From Spirogloea muscicola (lineage: Eukaryota), in contig WELB01000028.1 of assembly GCA_009602725.1 (NCBI GenBank), forward strand, positions 487,418-522,701: a stretch of DNA of 35,284 nt, written 5' to 3'. The first letter of the stretch is position 1. Every line of letters begins with the position of its first letter. Below the pieces are notes generated by a model. It did no database searches and was not told the DNA's origin. It saw only the letters and a program-made list of their open reading frames with translations. The position numbers and the translations under genes were made by a program. Positions 9,470 to 23,222 of this stretch are shown here, in pieces.

Positions 9470-12400
9470 TACCTGGCGCCGGCCGTGAGCGCGCGCATCA
9501 TCCGGGAGGCGCGGCAGCAGCAGCGCGAGGTGGCACTCGAGAGGTACCGCCGCCGCCGCTGCCGCTGCTGCCGCCATCACCGCCGCCGCTGCTGCCGGAG
9601 CTGCAGGCGGCGGCGTGGGGCTTAAACCCCACGGCGGCGCCGAGCCCCAGAGGCGCGGCGCGAGTGCGCCCGAGGTGGGCGCCCACTACGGCGCTAAACC
9701 CTGGCGGCGTGTCTCCAGGGACGAGGAGACGGGCGCTGCCGCGGCACGCCGCGCTTTTGCGGCGGCGGCGCCTGCTCGTCCTGTCGACAGCGACGACGAC
9801 GACGAGGGCGAGGACAACGACGACGAGGAGGGCGCCGCCGCCGGGAGCGGGCTGTCGGACACCGAGAGCCAGTACGAGGAGCTCATGGGTGCGGTGAGAC
9901 ATGCTGACCCTTGGCCTGGTCCAGTCCTTCTGCCGCTCCCGTTCCCACTGGTACTGGCTTGCGCTGGGTGGTAGCCCTCTTGTGGAGTGTATCTACATTG
10001 CAGGTACTGTTACTCGATGATTTACTCTCAGTGAACGTAATTGACCATATTCCAAATCATCCTCTGGTATCACAAAGCTATCAAAAGCTAAAGATTGCTC
10101 GTCCGAGATAGTATGATCTGAATACTATAAAGACCCATACCATTGATGGCCAGTCCTGCCTCTGACCTTCGACCCTGCCCCTAGCACTTAGGGCAGAGCC
10201 ATCGGCAGCCAGGCCGAGCTGATTGGGCAAGCTTGGCTGCAGGAGGAGGTGACGGAGGAAGACGAGCAGGCCATGGCGCTCTTCATGGGCTCCGACGCGG
10301 CGGCTGGTTCGGTGCAGCAGCGCACACTCGCCGACGTCATTGCTGAGAGGATTCGCGAGCGGACGGCCGCCGTCGGGCCTGGCGCCTCGAAGCCTGAGGA
10401 AGGTCAGAACTCCAGGCGGCTGCTGCGGGAGTGTCCGACGGCAGTGCCAGTGGCAGAATGTCGACTGACTTGCCGTCGGCACCCGTTTGGGCGCTGAAAG
10501 CAACCGCTGACGTCGCCTGCAATGTCGCGTGTGGCATCAGAAGCGGGGGCAAGGACCGTTCCAGGGCTTGACCCGAAGATTGCTGAGGTCTACCGTGGGT
10601 GAGTGCCAGTGAGCTCGGCACACTGCCAGCGGCCTGCTCTGACCGGCTGCATCTTTTGAAGGCGCTCTCTTGCGCTTTGCCTGCCGGCAGCGTCTGCCGC
10701 TTGTTGAGAGGGCGCTTTGCTTTGCAACTGCTGTCGGTGTCACGACCAGTGTCTAGGCGTTTCACTAACATAACTAACATAACACGAGTCAATCCACTAA
10801 AAGTCATTGAGCAGTGACCTGAAGATGTACATCTTGGCTATACAATCCCTGAGATTTTATGCGCTTACTGGCGCAGGGTAGGCAAGCTACTGAGCCGGCA
10901 CCGAGCCGGCAAGGTCCCCAAGGCCTTCAAGATCATCCCGTCGCTTACCAACTGGCAGGAGGTGCTGCACCTGACGGAACCGGAGGCGTGGTCACCCGCC
11001 GCTGTGCTCGCTGCGACGCGCCTGTTCGCGTCCAACCTCAGCGCCCGCCTGGCGCAGAGGTTCTACGCGCTCGTCCTCCTGCCACGCGCGCGCTCCGACA
11101 TCCGGGAGCACAAGCGCCTGCACTTTGCACTGTACCAGGCGCTCAAGAAGGCCGTGTACAAGCCTGCAGCTTTCTACAAGGGCATCTTCCTGCCCCTCTG
11201 CCAGGTCCTTGCAGACTTCCATAAGCCCGTAGAATTTCAGGGGTGTAAGTACAGAGGCCTGGATGTTCATTGCTGGTTCTGTGTCTTAGGCGAGACCATA
11301 CAGACGTCCTTCGATGCTAGAAAATATGTCCAAAAGGCTTGCTCAGCAGACGAATGTTAACCTCCCTCAAGCCGCAGGCATTGCTCACTCCGTATTGGTC
11401 TCTGCCGTGCTTCAAGCGCAGAGCGGAACCTGCAGCCTGCGGGAGGCCGTCATTGTTGGAAGCATTCTGCAGAAGGTCTCCATCCCCGTCCTCCACTCCA
11501 GGTAAGTTCCACGCCATCCTCTCCGGCCCACTTTCCTACTGGATGCTTCCCAAAGCCTACAGCCACTACAAATCTGCCATCCTGCAGCAACTCCTACTTT
11601 AGCAGCATCTAAAGAGAGCCTCTGCAAACCTTGGCTTTGGCGTACAGCGTTGCTCTCCTGAAAGTTGCAGAGATGCCATACGCTGGCACAAACAGGTGCA
11701 AGTCCCTCCTATCTCGTGAGCACAGTGTTAGATGAGTGCGTCTTCTCTTGATGCATTTGCGCGTAGACTGTTGAACAAGGATTATGGCTCTAGGGTTGCT
11801 ATGCTACACTACTGTGCTCTGTGGAACAAGTTCGGCTGCCATTATGGGCCTGCTTTTCAGCGCACTGAGGTCTCTGCTCGAGGTCGCCAATGAGGGCAAT
11901 TAGTAGGTAGATGGAATCATTGTCGGATAAGTGGGCTCTTCAAGAGAGCATTTTCTGCAGATATGCATTCTACTCCTGTGCTGACTTAAGCCCCTGCCAA
12001 TTGTGCTCAATGGGTCTGCATATGGGGCTGCATCCCTTGTGTGAGCTCCAGCTACTTTGTCAAACTTCTTCTGGACAAGAAGTATGCGCTGCCGTACCGG
12101 GTGCTCGATGCTGTGACACTGCACTTCACAAGATTCATTGATGACGATCGCGACCTCCCTGTCATTTGGCACCAATCTCTCCTTACCTTTGTACAAAGGT
12201 ACACATAATACAAATTCTTACACAAGTTTCTGCAGTTGCATGGTCATCGTCCTTTGATTGTGATTAGGAAAGCCAATGATGCTGGACCTTTGTCCCATGG
12301 GCTTCTAGCAATTACCTGTTGCATGCAGTCAGCACCCAATGTGGACCTTCCGCACCTTCATGCAGCACTCTCATTACATTCGTCAGTGCCTGTGACCAAG

Positions 12401-13281
12401 CTGTCCCTGTGAGGCTTCTAACAGAGTTTGATGTGAGTCACAAAGACGTCCTCAGCAGCAATTGATTTGCTCATTGAACAAATCTTTTCAATCAGGTACA
12501 AGAACGAGATGACTGATGGGGACAGGGAGAGCCTGAGGAGGCTGGTGCGCAAGCACAAGCACTATCTGGTGAGAGCAACTTGCTGCTTCTGGTACAGATG
12601 GACTTCTTGTACTAGTGACTGCATTTCTGATGGACTTATGTACCTAAAGCTCCAGTATTCGGATCTTGGCAGACAGCTGCACTCAGCAGCTTACAATCTA
12701 CAGCTGTGCATTGGTCAAACAGTGCTGTGCAAAGTCTCCAGATGCAGCTGGTCATTTGACATGCTCAACCCAAGCAGCTCAATGTACACCGAATTGCAAA
12801 ATTTGCTGGATGACGCAGATGACACCGGAGATACTAAGAGAGCTGCAACACAGCATCCCGATCCGTGGGCAGCCGGGCCCTTCTCCTGTCTTCAACTTTG
12901 ATATCCTCCCAAGCATCACAATCGCAATAACGTATCTGGGCGTCTACTTTTCTGAGAGGGTTCGCTTATGTTTGGCACTTATGATCATTGCATTGGATCT
13001 TCTCTTCAGCAGCAATGAAGTCTCATCACGACACAGCAGTCAATATTATCACGACACAAGCATTCCAATGGCAACAGCCTTGTTTTACGCAGCCAATACA
13101 TTTGCGCCTCATTTGGTAATAGAAGCTGCCCTTCTGCCGCAACAAGTTGTTAACAACCTTGACTTTGTGTCTGACTTGCGGGCGGTCACGTGTGCCAGCA
13201 GTGGGCTCGACAACTGCAGCTGCCAAAGAGGACATTCAAAATCTTCCGGATGTTGTCATTGGAATGGACGAGGATTACTAG
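9470..13281 (+). CDS. ENP1: Bystin / ENP1 (40S ribosome biogenesis factor); the first exon is apparently lost at the contig join at n9387
   Basis: Exons 9470-9543, 9719-9893, 10243-10402, 10541-10598, 10877-11204, 11422-11501, 11648-11695, 12052-12198, 12496-12568, 12819-12900, 13190-13281, all phases consistent. Motifs [79 protein letters not shown] and TPEILREL. Confidence 0.93.
12901..13189 (+). other. U12-type (minor spliceosome) AT-AC intron
   Basis: 5' site ATATCCTCC, candidate branch site ACCTTGAC at 13156-13163, 3' end GGTCAC. Splicing restores the C-terminus [30 protein letters not shown]. Confidence 0.8.
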
Positions 13282-14197
13282 TGGCATCACTATGCACAGC
13301 CTCCACCTCTGCATGAGCTCACAAGGGAGTTCTCCCGAAGTTGTGGTTCAATGAGCACCCTTGCAAAGGGTGCGACCACACTGCTTGCTCGATTCGAGAC
13401 GAAGGCGTGCGACTTATAGCAAAGCAACTTAGACCTGAAGAACAGGTGCAGCACTAGTCAAGCACTATCCCAGAATGTCTACTTTCGCTCGATCCAAATA
13501 GCTGTACAGGGCCTCAACGACTGAAACCAACAATGCGCAAGTCTCACACTCAACTCATTGAGAGGTTTGGAGACCTCTTTGTCTTCTCCTGCTGACACCG
13601 TTAGCAGCTACCTACCACCTCACTCAGCCTCTTGCGCTTACAGCCCTCCAGAACATGGCTGATCGTTCAATGGGGCCTTGTGAGGCGACTTCTGATGGGC
13701 GTGGAATGATACCAAACCTCCATTTAAATATCCTGTGGCTTGTAAATCTCCGCCCTGTGAGTTGACCATATTCACGGCATCTGTTTGAGCTGTCGCTAGA
13801 GGCTGGTCATTGCAGTTGACATATCCTTGCCCAATCAGCTCACACCAAAAGCAGCAGAATGATGACCCGCACTTGCCGCAGGGCGCAGCATCAGTAAGAG
13901 CAGTCTGCAGCAGCTTGTATGTGCATTGAGCGATGAATGCAGTACCTGGCACAGCAATCAGAGTCAACCTTCTGATGTTATGTTTCTTGCCAACATGTAG
14001 AGAGATGCTGATGCACCAATGAATGCACAACTACAACCTGCAGCAATAGGAGGCAAAGCATCCTGGCCAGAGTCAACTCATGGCTTTGGGCAGTGGCACC
14101 AGCGGCATGAAAGCGTCACAGCTGCAAAATGCTGAATCTGCAATTGTTGCCACATGTTGCCACAGAGGAGTCGGGAGGTGTATGACCTTTGGCTCAC

Positions 14198-16304
<2,107 letters not shown>

Positions 16305-16469
16305 CGGGGGGGGGGGGGGAGCGAGCCTTCCTGGTGACAAGGATCTGCGAATAGGAGGATTCGGCAGGCCCGTCCACAACCGGCGTAGAGACGGATTCTG
16401 CGATTGCCTGCGCTCCGCCGCCGGATCTTTGCAGCGCCTCGCCGCCGCCCGGGGCGATGCCGCACTGGC

Positions 16470-16645
16470 AACCACGTGACGCGTCGCGGCGGGCCAGCTG
16501 GCGGTTCGGCTAACCCGAGTCCGCGTTCGGCTGACCGAGTCCGCCACCGCGGTAACCGCGCGCCCTCTGGCCGGCTAACTGTGACCACCTGGGCCGGCGC
16601 TGACGAGGCGGGCGCGGCTTCCGAGGCGGGTCCGCGCCACGTGTC
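16470..16645. promoter_or_regulatory. GC-rich PIRL upstream region with G-box/ABRE-like elements
   Basis: CACGTG at 16473-16478, GCCACGTGTC at 16636-16645, and a short direct repeat GTTCGGCT(A/G)ACC(C)GAGTCCGC at ~16504-16544. Confidence 0.35.
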
Positions 16646-16699
16646 GCGGCGCGACCGCCCGTCTGGAGGGGGTCCGAGTGAGTCCGGCTCGAGGAAAGA

Positions 16700-17905
16700 A
16701 ACGCTCATGCAAAAGAAGAAGTGGCTCTCCCAACGGTGGCAAGGGCTGTGAAAGACCTTGTCCATTCCTTTTGGGCTGGCCTCTCCCCGCCACCAGTTAA
16801 ACTGGCCGCCCTTGCTCCGTGAAGGAGAAGTGGCACTCCCAACGGGGGCAAGGGCTGTGAAAAGCCAGCCCGAAAAAGAATAGCCAAAGGTTCGAAGAGG
16901 CCAAATGTGAAAGAGATGAGAGGAAGTGGCTCTCCCAACGGTGGCAAGGGCTGTGAAAGAGAGAGAAGAAGTGGCTCTCCCAACGGTGGCAAGGGCTTCG
17001 AAAGAGAGAGAAGAAGTGGCTCTCCCAACGGTGGCAAGGGCTGTGAAAGAGAGAAAAAGTGTGCTCTGCCAACGGTGGCAAGGGCTGTGAAAAGGCAGCC
17101 AGGAAAGAATTGACAAGGTCCATGCGAAGCGGGTGCGGAGGTAAGCAGTAGACTCTTCAAGTAGAAGGGCTGTGATTGGCGCCAGCCCAGAGAAAGACAA
17201 ACAAAGTATGCAGAGGCCGGTTTGCAGTTTCCCTCTGGCTTTCTTGACGAAAGCCAGAGGGGTTCCATGGCTGGCCCCTCACAGCTCCACTACGCCTTGC
17301 CCATTCTTCTGGGGGCTGGCTTAACCACGCCCCCTTTGGAAGGGCTCACTATCTCTTGCTTTTTGCAGCCCTCACCAACCTCGGGTTATGCCTTTCGGGC
17401 TTGGCCTCTTACTGTTGTTTGCCTTACGTTGGAAGAGCTGCTTTGGATTCTGTTTCTCACAGCCATCGCCTTACCTTAAAAGAGCTGTTCCTTCTTCTTG
17501 AGAAGAGCAGCTGCCATGGACCTTGTTCATGCTTTTGTGGGCTGGCCTTTCACAGCCCACAGCCTCCTCGTTTTCACAGCCCTCCACCCCTTGGAAACAG
17601 CTGCTCCTCCTCGCAGCTCTCCACTTGCTGTCTCTTCTGGACCTTCTTGTCCTGTATGGGCTGGCGCTTCGCACTTTTCGGCTTCCCGGCCGCCCTTAGC
17701 ATAGGGCTTCGCATTGTGTAGCCCCACTCCTCTGTACTGGCTTCTGCATGGAGCTGCATTGGCTTAATTTGGTCTCCCTTTCAATCCATGCGTACCGCGT
17801 GCCTTCTCTCTTGCAGCCCCCGCCTCCTTTGAAAGGCCTACTTCATCATAGCCCTCGCACCCTCTGGAACAGCCCTTTGCCCCTAGCGCAAGAGCTGCTT
17901 CTAAT
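16700..17905. mobile_element. Putative non-autonomous foldback-type repeat element with modular inverted arms
   Basis: The left arm (16715-17200) carries forward A/B modules. The right arm (17270-17905) carries degenerate inverted modules, e.g. ~17519-17559 is the reverse complement of an A-end plus B junction like 17082-17121. Further inverted copies lie at ~17296-17320, ~17571-17608, ~17639-17667 and ~17868-17903. No transposase, clear TIR or TSD was seen. Confidence 0.5.
16718..17092 (+). repeat. Six copies of 36-bp module A, GAAGTGGCTCTCCCAACGGTGGCAAGGGCTGTGAAA
   Basis: Copies start at 16718, 16827, 16923, 16968, 17013 and ~17056. The first two gaps are 73 and 60 bp; copies 3-5 have a 45-bp tandem period. 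Confidence 0.95.
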
Positions 17906-18074
17906 GTACGCACAGGACGAAGGCCCATAGTGCAGATTCACTTGCGAGTCCCTGGCCCCTCATGCAGGTCAAGTCAGGCCGCACTCCGATCGTGCTCTAG
18001 AGCTGATCAAGCAGAAGTTGCCTGTAGACTGCTCGTGGTGACAATTGTCGGCTGATTGGGTACCGCGGGGATCA

Positions 18075-21000
18075 CTAATCTGTCGGAGCATTGTAATGTT
18101 TGAGGGCAGACACTGGCATCTTCACGGTACGCAACTCCGCGTCTAAGCGATAGGCGCAATTGCTCTCGAGCCTGATCTCAACCTTTGCATGCTGATATCG
18201 CACACTGCATGCAGCGGCGGCCATGGGGGAGGGCACAAGCCATGCCTGCTCCAAGATGCCACCACTCCACGACATCCCAACCTCGACACCACCCCGCGCT
18301 TTGAGGAAGTGGACGTCGCCATCAGGCCATCTGTCAGCCGGCAGCGCCGGCAGCAGGTCAATGTGAGAGGTCCCCCCCAACTCATTCACCTCGTACCTGC
18401 TCTGCAGCAACATCTCAGTGACGGCCGCCGTGAACCTGCTCAGCAAGTGTGAGAAAGTCCTGTCAGTGCAAAGCTTGGCGTATGACCTGCACAAACGTGA
18501 GGTCATAATGACCTCTGGCAGAGACCAGCAGGCTACTAAAGGTACGGTACTGATGCAGACACTGCCGACAACCTATCTGTCAACATTGACTGTGTTATAT
18601 GCACACCAGAAGTATTAGGCAATATTGTCAGTCGCAGAACTTTGTGTGGTGACGAACCCAAGATTGCCATCGATCTGGAAAGGCGGGTGCGCGTTCAGGA
18701 GGTTTGGGTACAGGCCGCCGCCAGCTAGTGACTCCTTGGTCTGGTCGGGGGGTATCAATGTGAACATGCGCTTTACCATGCGGAATGCTCGCACAGAATC
18801 ACGCAGCCGGGCCCAGCATGCAGTCTTCCAAGCAGTCGACCATCCTGGCCCAATCTCCCCTGCAAAGATAGATTGATGACCCAGCCTTCTGAGATTTGCA
18901 AACTGAATACACGTCTCAATGTTGCTGAGCAGGCAACTCACAGTAGTTCGCTGACCAGCCAACAGGGCAAACAGAAGGTGAAGGAGAACCCTTAAGCAGC
19001 TTAACACCAAGCAACACCATAGATACACATCCTGTCTAGCTAAAACCATTTGCCGCAGAGGGCTGGGAGAAGCGCAAGTCTGGAAATCTTGCAAGGAGGA
19101 TGTTATCCACCTCTCTCGTCCAAGCTGCGGGCAGCAGCGTCGCAAAGACTTGGGCTCGTCTCAGGCGAAAGAGAGTGCCCAGGATAGATGCCAAAGAGGT
19201 GTGACAGGTGGCGGTGGTGGGGCTCTGCATCCGCAAAGTCCTCCACCTATACTTCCACTCAACAAGGCAAAGGCTCTGTCAGGAGCAGTCAGCCCGCAGC
19301 AGACTAAAGAAGCAGTGTGACGATTAACACCTACTCAGGAGGTCTTGCTGACTTGGGACTAGCCAGCAGGTATGTAGGACTGTACAAGAGCGACTGTACT
19401 GTTCAGGTGCTTTGGATATTGCAGACTTCTGAGACTGTGCTTTTGTGAGTGATGCTATACCAGCAAGTTGCAATCCTAAGACAAGAGACAATCCTAACAG
19501 TGTTGTATAGGGAGCGGAAACCATTTTTATGACCAGCTTCTTTTAACGAACTGACCCACTCCATGAGAGTTCCCCTCTTGCTGACTTGGGGTTGCAGCAA
19601 CTTCTCCTTCAATTGTCTGAGCTCCTCCACAAGTGCATCATCTGGTCCTCTTAGGACCTGCTTTGGCAGTGTGGCCATCAGCAGCCCTCCTAAGCCTTTG
19701 GTACAATAAGCCTAAAACTTTCATGCAACAAGGTACCATAGGAGGGAGAAGTTGCGCTGCAATTGCACTGATTGCTGGTGTGGCAATAACGTCAGAAATA
19801 CCACCCATGCGGACGCATTTTGAATCAGAAGATATGATATTTGTGACCGAAGAAAGTAACGGACACTGAAAGGTGGAATAAGTGTTCAAGTGTTCAAGTG
19901 TTCAAGCGCTCAGGATACAGACGAATGGGTTGTGCACCTTGTGAGTCATGATGCAGTGCGAGAAGACTTCCTGGATGATGGCATGATCCATTGTTGTCGC
20001 GTAGCTCACACAAGCCCGGCAGTTGTGCTCGTCAAAGAAGTAGTGCTCTGGGGATGTCGCAGGATTGGTGACGACATTGCCCTCGCTGTCCTCCACAAGC
20101 CAATGCACCAAGAACTCTGCGCAACTGCGCAGGATGGGGTACTGCTTCTCCAAGAATGCCTGGAGTTCAGGAGCTCCACCGACAGGCTTTCAGCAGCAGT
20201 TGCAGCTAAGAGGCCGAGAAGAGCCTCTCATCATTGGGACCTACCTGCACGTGTGAAAGCAACACATCTCATATAAGTCAGCGTAATCATGGAGAGCAGG
20301 ACGTGAGACAGAGGAGATGGAGAAGTTGGAGTGCCATACCTTGTCGAGGGTGAAGCAGTAGTGGTCAAAGATGTGCGTGGCGAGCCAGGCCCCTCCCATG
20401 GGCCACAAGCCGTACACGGGGTCGCCGGACCAGGGAGCAGTCTGGCCCCAGATGTCGACGCCAACGTGGGCAGTCCACCCCTTCTCCACGCCGTAGTTCA
20501 CCTGCCCCATGGACGCGCCTGGATGCACTGGGCTTCTCGCAGCATCCAGCCCCAAACGACGTGCATCGGTGGAAGCCACTCAGGAGGCCACCATGCAATG
20601 AGCATCACACACGAGGCGAGATTGAGTGCCGATGGAAGCGGCAGGCGGAGAGCCCACCTTACCTTGGCAGTAGTCCGTCCATTCTCGGCCAGGACAGCAA
20701 GAAGTTCAAAGACAGGCTCCTGGAGCTCCCATAGGTTACCCGGGCCAGCAGGCCAGTAGTTCATCTGGAGATTGACGTTGAGGTGCGGGACACACCTGCA
20801 AGCACGGCAAGGTACCGGGCCTCAGCAGCAAGTTATTGATGTGGATTTGCAGCACTGACCTGCATGACATGCGGACTTGATCTTAGGAAAGCCTTCCACT
20901 CTTTGTGGTCTGCAGTGCAGCCGCCTCAGGGTGCTTCTGTGGTACAGCCTCGGCCAAGGGTTTTGGTTGTAGTATGCCGCAACGGAAGGGTCATAGAAGG

Positions 21001-23222
21001 TGAGCACAAAGAGTTATGTCTGGACGACTTAACAAGTACAAGCTGATGCCTATGTTAATGTGGATGCGCAGACCTCCAAGGTGGCCTCACGTCCTTGCTC
21101 CAGATGCCCTGCAGATTTGCAACCCAGGACTGCGGCCGGGAGCTCGCAATGAGCAGGTACCGTCCAAACTGGCACAGAAGCGCCACCAGTGCGGGGTCCT
21201 CGTCACTGCCGAATGCGCGGACCCGGTCGTCTGTGGGCAGCTCTCGTCCATCACCGATCCCAGCAGCGTCGCCAGTCGCGCCGCTAGCCAGCTCTCCTCC
21301 TCCTTGCTCCTGCTCGACGAGCACCCAGGCCGAGTCGCCATCCTCCAGCATTAACGGCTCTCCGGCAGCGTGCAATTCCGCATCAACTGGTTGGTGGGCA
21401 GCGGGAGCAGTGCGGCTGAGCCGCAGGGAGACCCGCCGGAAGAGCCGCTGGTAGTCGCCGAGGTGCCGTGCCAGGAGGTCGCTGTAGCAGAGCTCACGCA
21501 GCCGCTCTTGGGCTGCAAGGGCGGCAGCTGTGGGGTCGACAGTGGAGCGTGCGGGGTCCACGAACGGCCCAGCATATGAGGATGCGGCGGTGACAGTCAG
21601 CAGGACCCAGTCCGCGTGTCTCACGCAGAGCTCCGGGGCCTCTTGGCCGCCGCCGTCGCTGCCGCTGGCAGGCAGCTCCACGGCACCGCACCCCGGGCTG
21701 ACCCGTAAGTCCACACAGGCACTGAAAGCCATGCCCTCCTTCTCACTACGGGCCGGAGACTGGCTCGCTCTGGCCACGTCCTCATCAACGCCAGGAAGGT
21801 CGGTGAGGCACCGGCCGCGCATGAGCAGCCTCGTGCCACCAGCCTGCACCTCGACCGACTGGCAAAGTGGCCCGCCGAGGGCGGCCGAGAGGGAGACCGA
21901 GGCCGGCTGGTCACCGCTTATCCTCACCACGATGGCCTGGTCGGGGTGCGATGCGAAGACCTCTACTGCAAGCCTCACGACGGCTGCAGGCTTGCTGCCG
22001 GCCATCGGGCTGTCGGTGGCCACGCAGTAGGATGTGCGGCAGATTGCAGTGTCCAGGTCCAGCTCCCGCACGAACGAGTCGGGCGCAGTCCCTGCTGCTG
22101 CTGCCTCCACCTGCGCGCCTGGGGCAAGGTCCAGCCGAAGATCTCCAAGAGGCTGATACGCCTGTGCAGACAAAGGCCATCTTGCGATCAGTTCGGCGAC
22201 GGCTTCTGCGCCTCTCCTTCTTCACCAAGCATTGGAGGCCTCAGCTGCCAAAGACTGGCACTACTTGAGGAGGGGCGACAGCAAACACCAGGTCCGAATG
22301 CCAAACCGAAGTGCGTGAACTGCAATTCGGACCACATTGTGGCTCAAGGCTCGAGCGCTAGAATGCCAGGCACATTCTGCCTGTTAGAGCTTGCTTCTGT
22401 CCTGTGACCAGGACAATCAGGTCAGAGCTGGATCTTGGTGTTTCCGGATACCATAACTTGCAATCTAATGGATCACTAATCAGAGGTCGAGAGTGCAACT
22501 GCAGCGCATAGCAACCGCAGGGGGCCGGGGCTTAGAGTTGAATGCCTCTTGCCTGTGGGGCCGGGCCAAGCATGCGGAAGGCCACTGCGGTGGCCTCAGC
22601 ATACCGCCGGGACAGCGCGAGCTGCCGCGCCCGGGGCAGCAGCTCACGCGCCTCCGGGTTGTTCCAGTCCTTGGGCCCGCCTGACCACAGCGTCTCTTCT
22701 GCGGGACGAGGCATGATGCGTCATGGCCGATGCGGCGGCGGTCGGCTGTCAGAGCTGCAGTGACCATTGTTGCAGTGAGAAGCTGCAGAGAGCAGCTGCA
22801 ACAATGGCAGCGGCGGCTGCGACAGGTAACGCTGAGGCGGCGGCCCACCGTTGAGTTGCAGGAGCTGGGCGCCGACGCCGCCGAAGACCATGGCGCCCAG
22901 GCGGCCATTGCCCACGGGCAGGGCCTCATTCCAGGAAGCCGCCGGCTGCGACGACGGCCGCCAACAGCTTGTGCTGGCTCAGGCGACGCCAAGGGGCTGG
23001 CCCAAACACTGCGCAGGACTGCCACACAGTCCTGCGCCAGCCAGAGGCAGGCCGACGAGCGGGCGAGCAAGCGAGCTCCCAGGCTGCTGCCGATGGCGCA
23101 CTGACCTCGAAGTACCTGAGGCGCAGGCTGTCTTCGCCGCAGTCAGCTCTGCCACCACCGCCACCGCCACCGCAGCAGTCGCCGCCGCCGCCGCAGCCAC
23201 TGTGGTGAGGGGACCCGCTCAT
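18075..23222 (-). CDS. FUC95A: Alpha-L-fucosidase 2, glycoside hydrolase family 95 (AXY8/FUC95A-like), ~921 aa
   Basis: Eleven exons with consistent phases: 23222-23106, 22945-22849, 22698-22553, 22161-21074, 20795-20663, 20501-20340, 20159-19938, 19657-19556, 19246-19111, 18859-18658, 18435-18075. GH95 motifs [61 protein letters not shown] and [12 protein letters not shown]. Confidence 0.95.
22162..22552 (-). other. GC-AG intron (GH95 intron 3)
   Basis: CCACAG|GCAAGA ... GCACAG|GCGTAT joins LGPAPQ to AYQPLGDL. The frame otherwise stops six codons later with no GT in between. Confidence 0.82.

Noticed and set aside
16718..17092. CRISPR array
   Set aside because: The context is eukaryotic with no cas genes. 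Spacer lengths are irregular (73, 60, 9, 9, ~7) and the spacers are built from another repeat module.
19881..19912. (AGTGTTCA)x3-4 tandem repeat in a GH95 intron
   Set aside because: Ordinary short slippage repeat.
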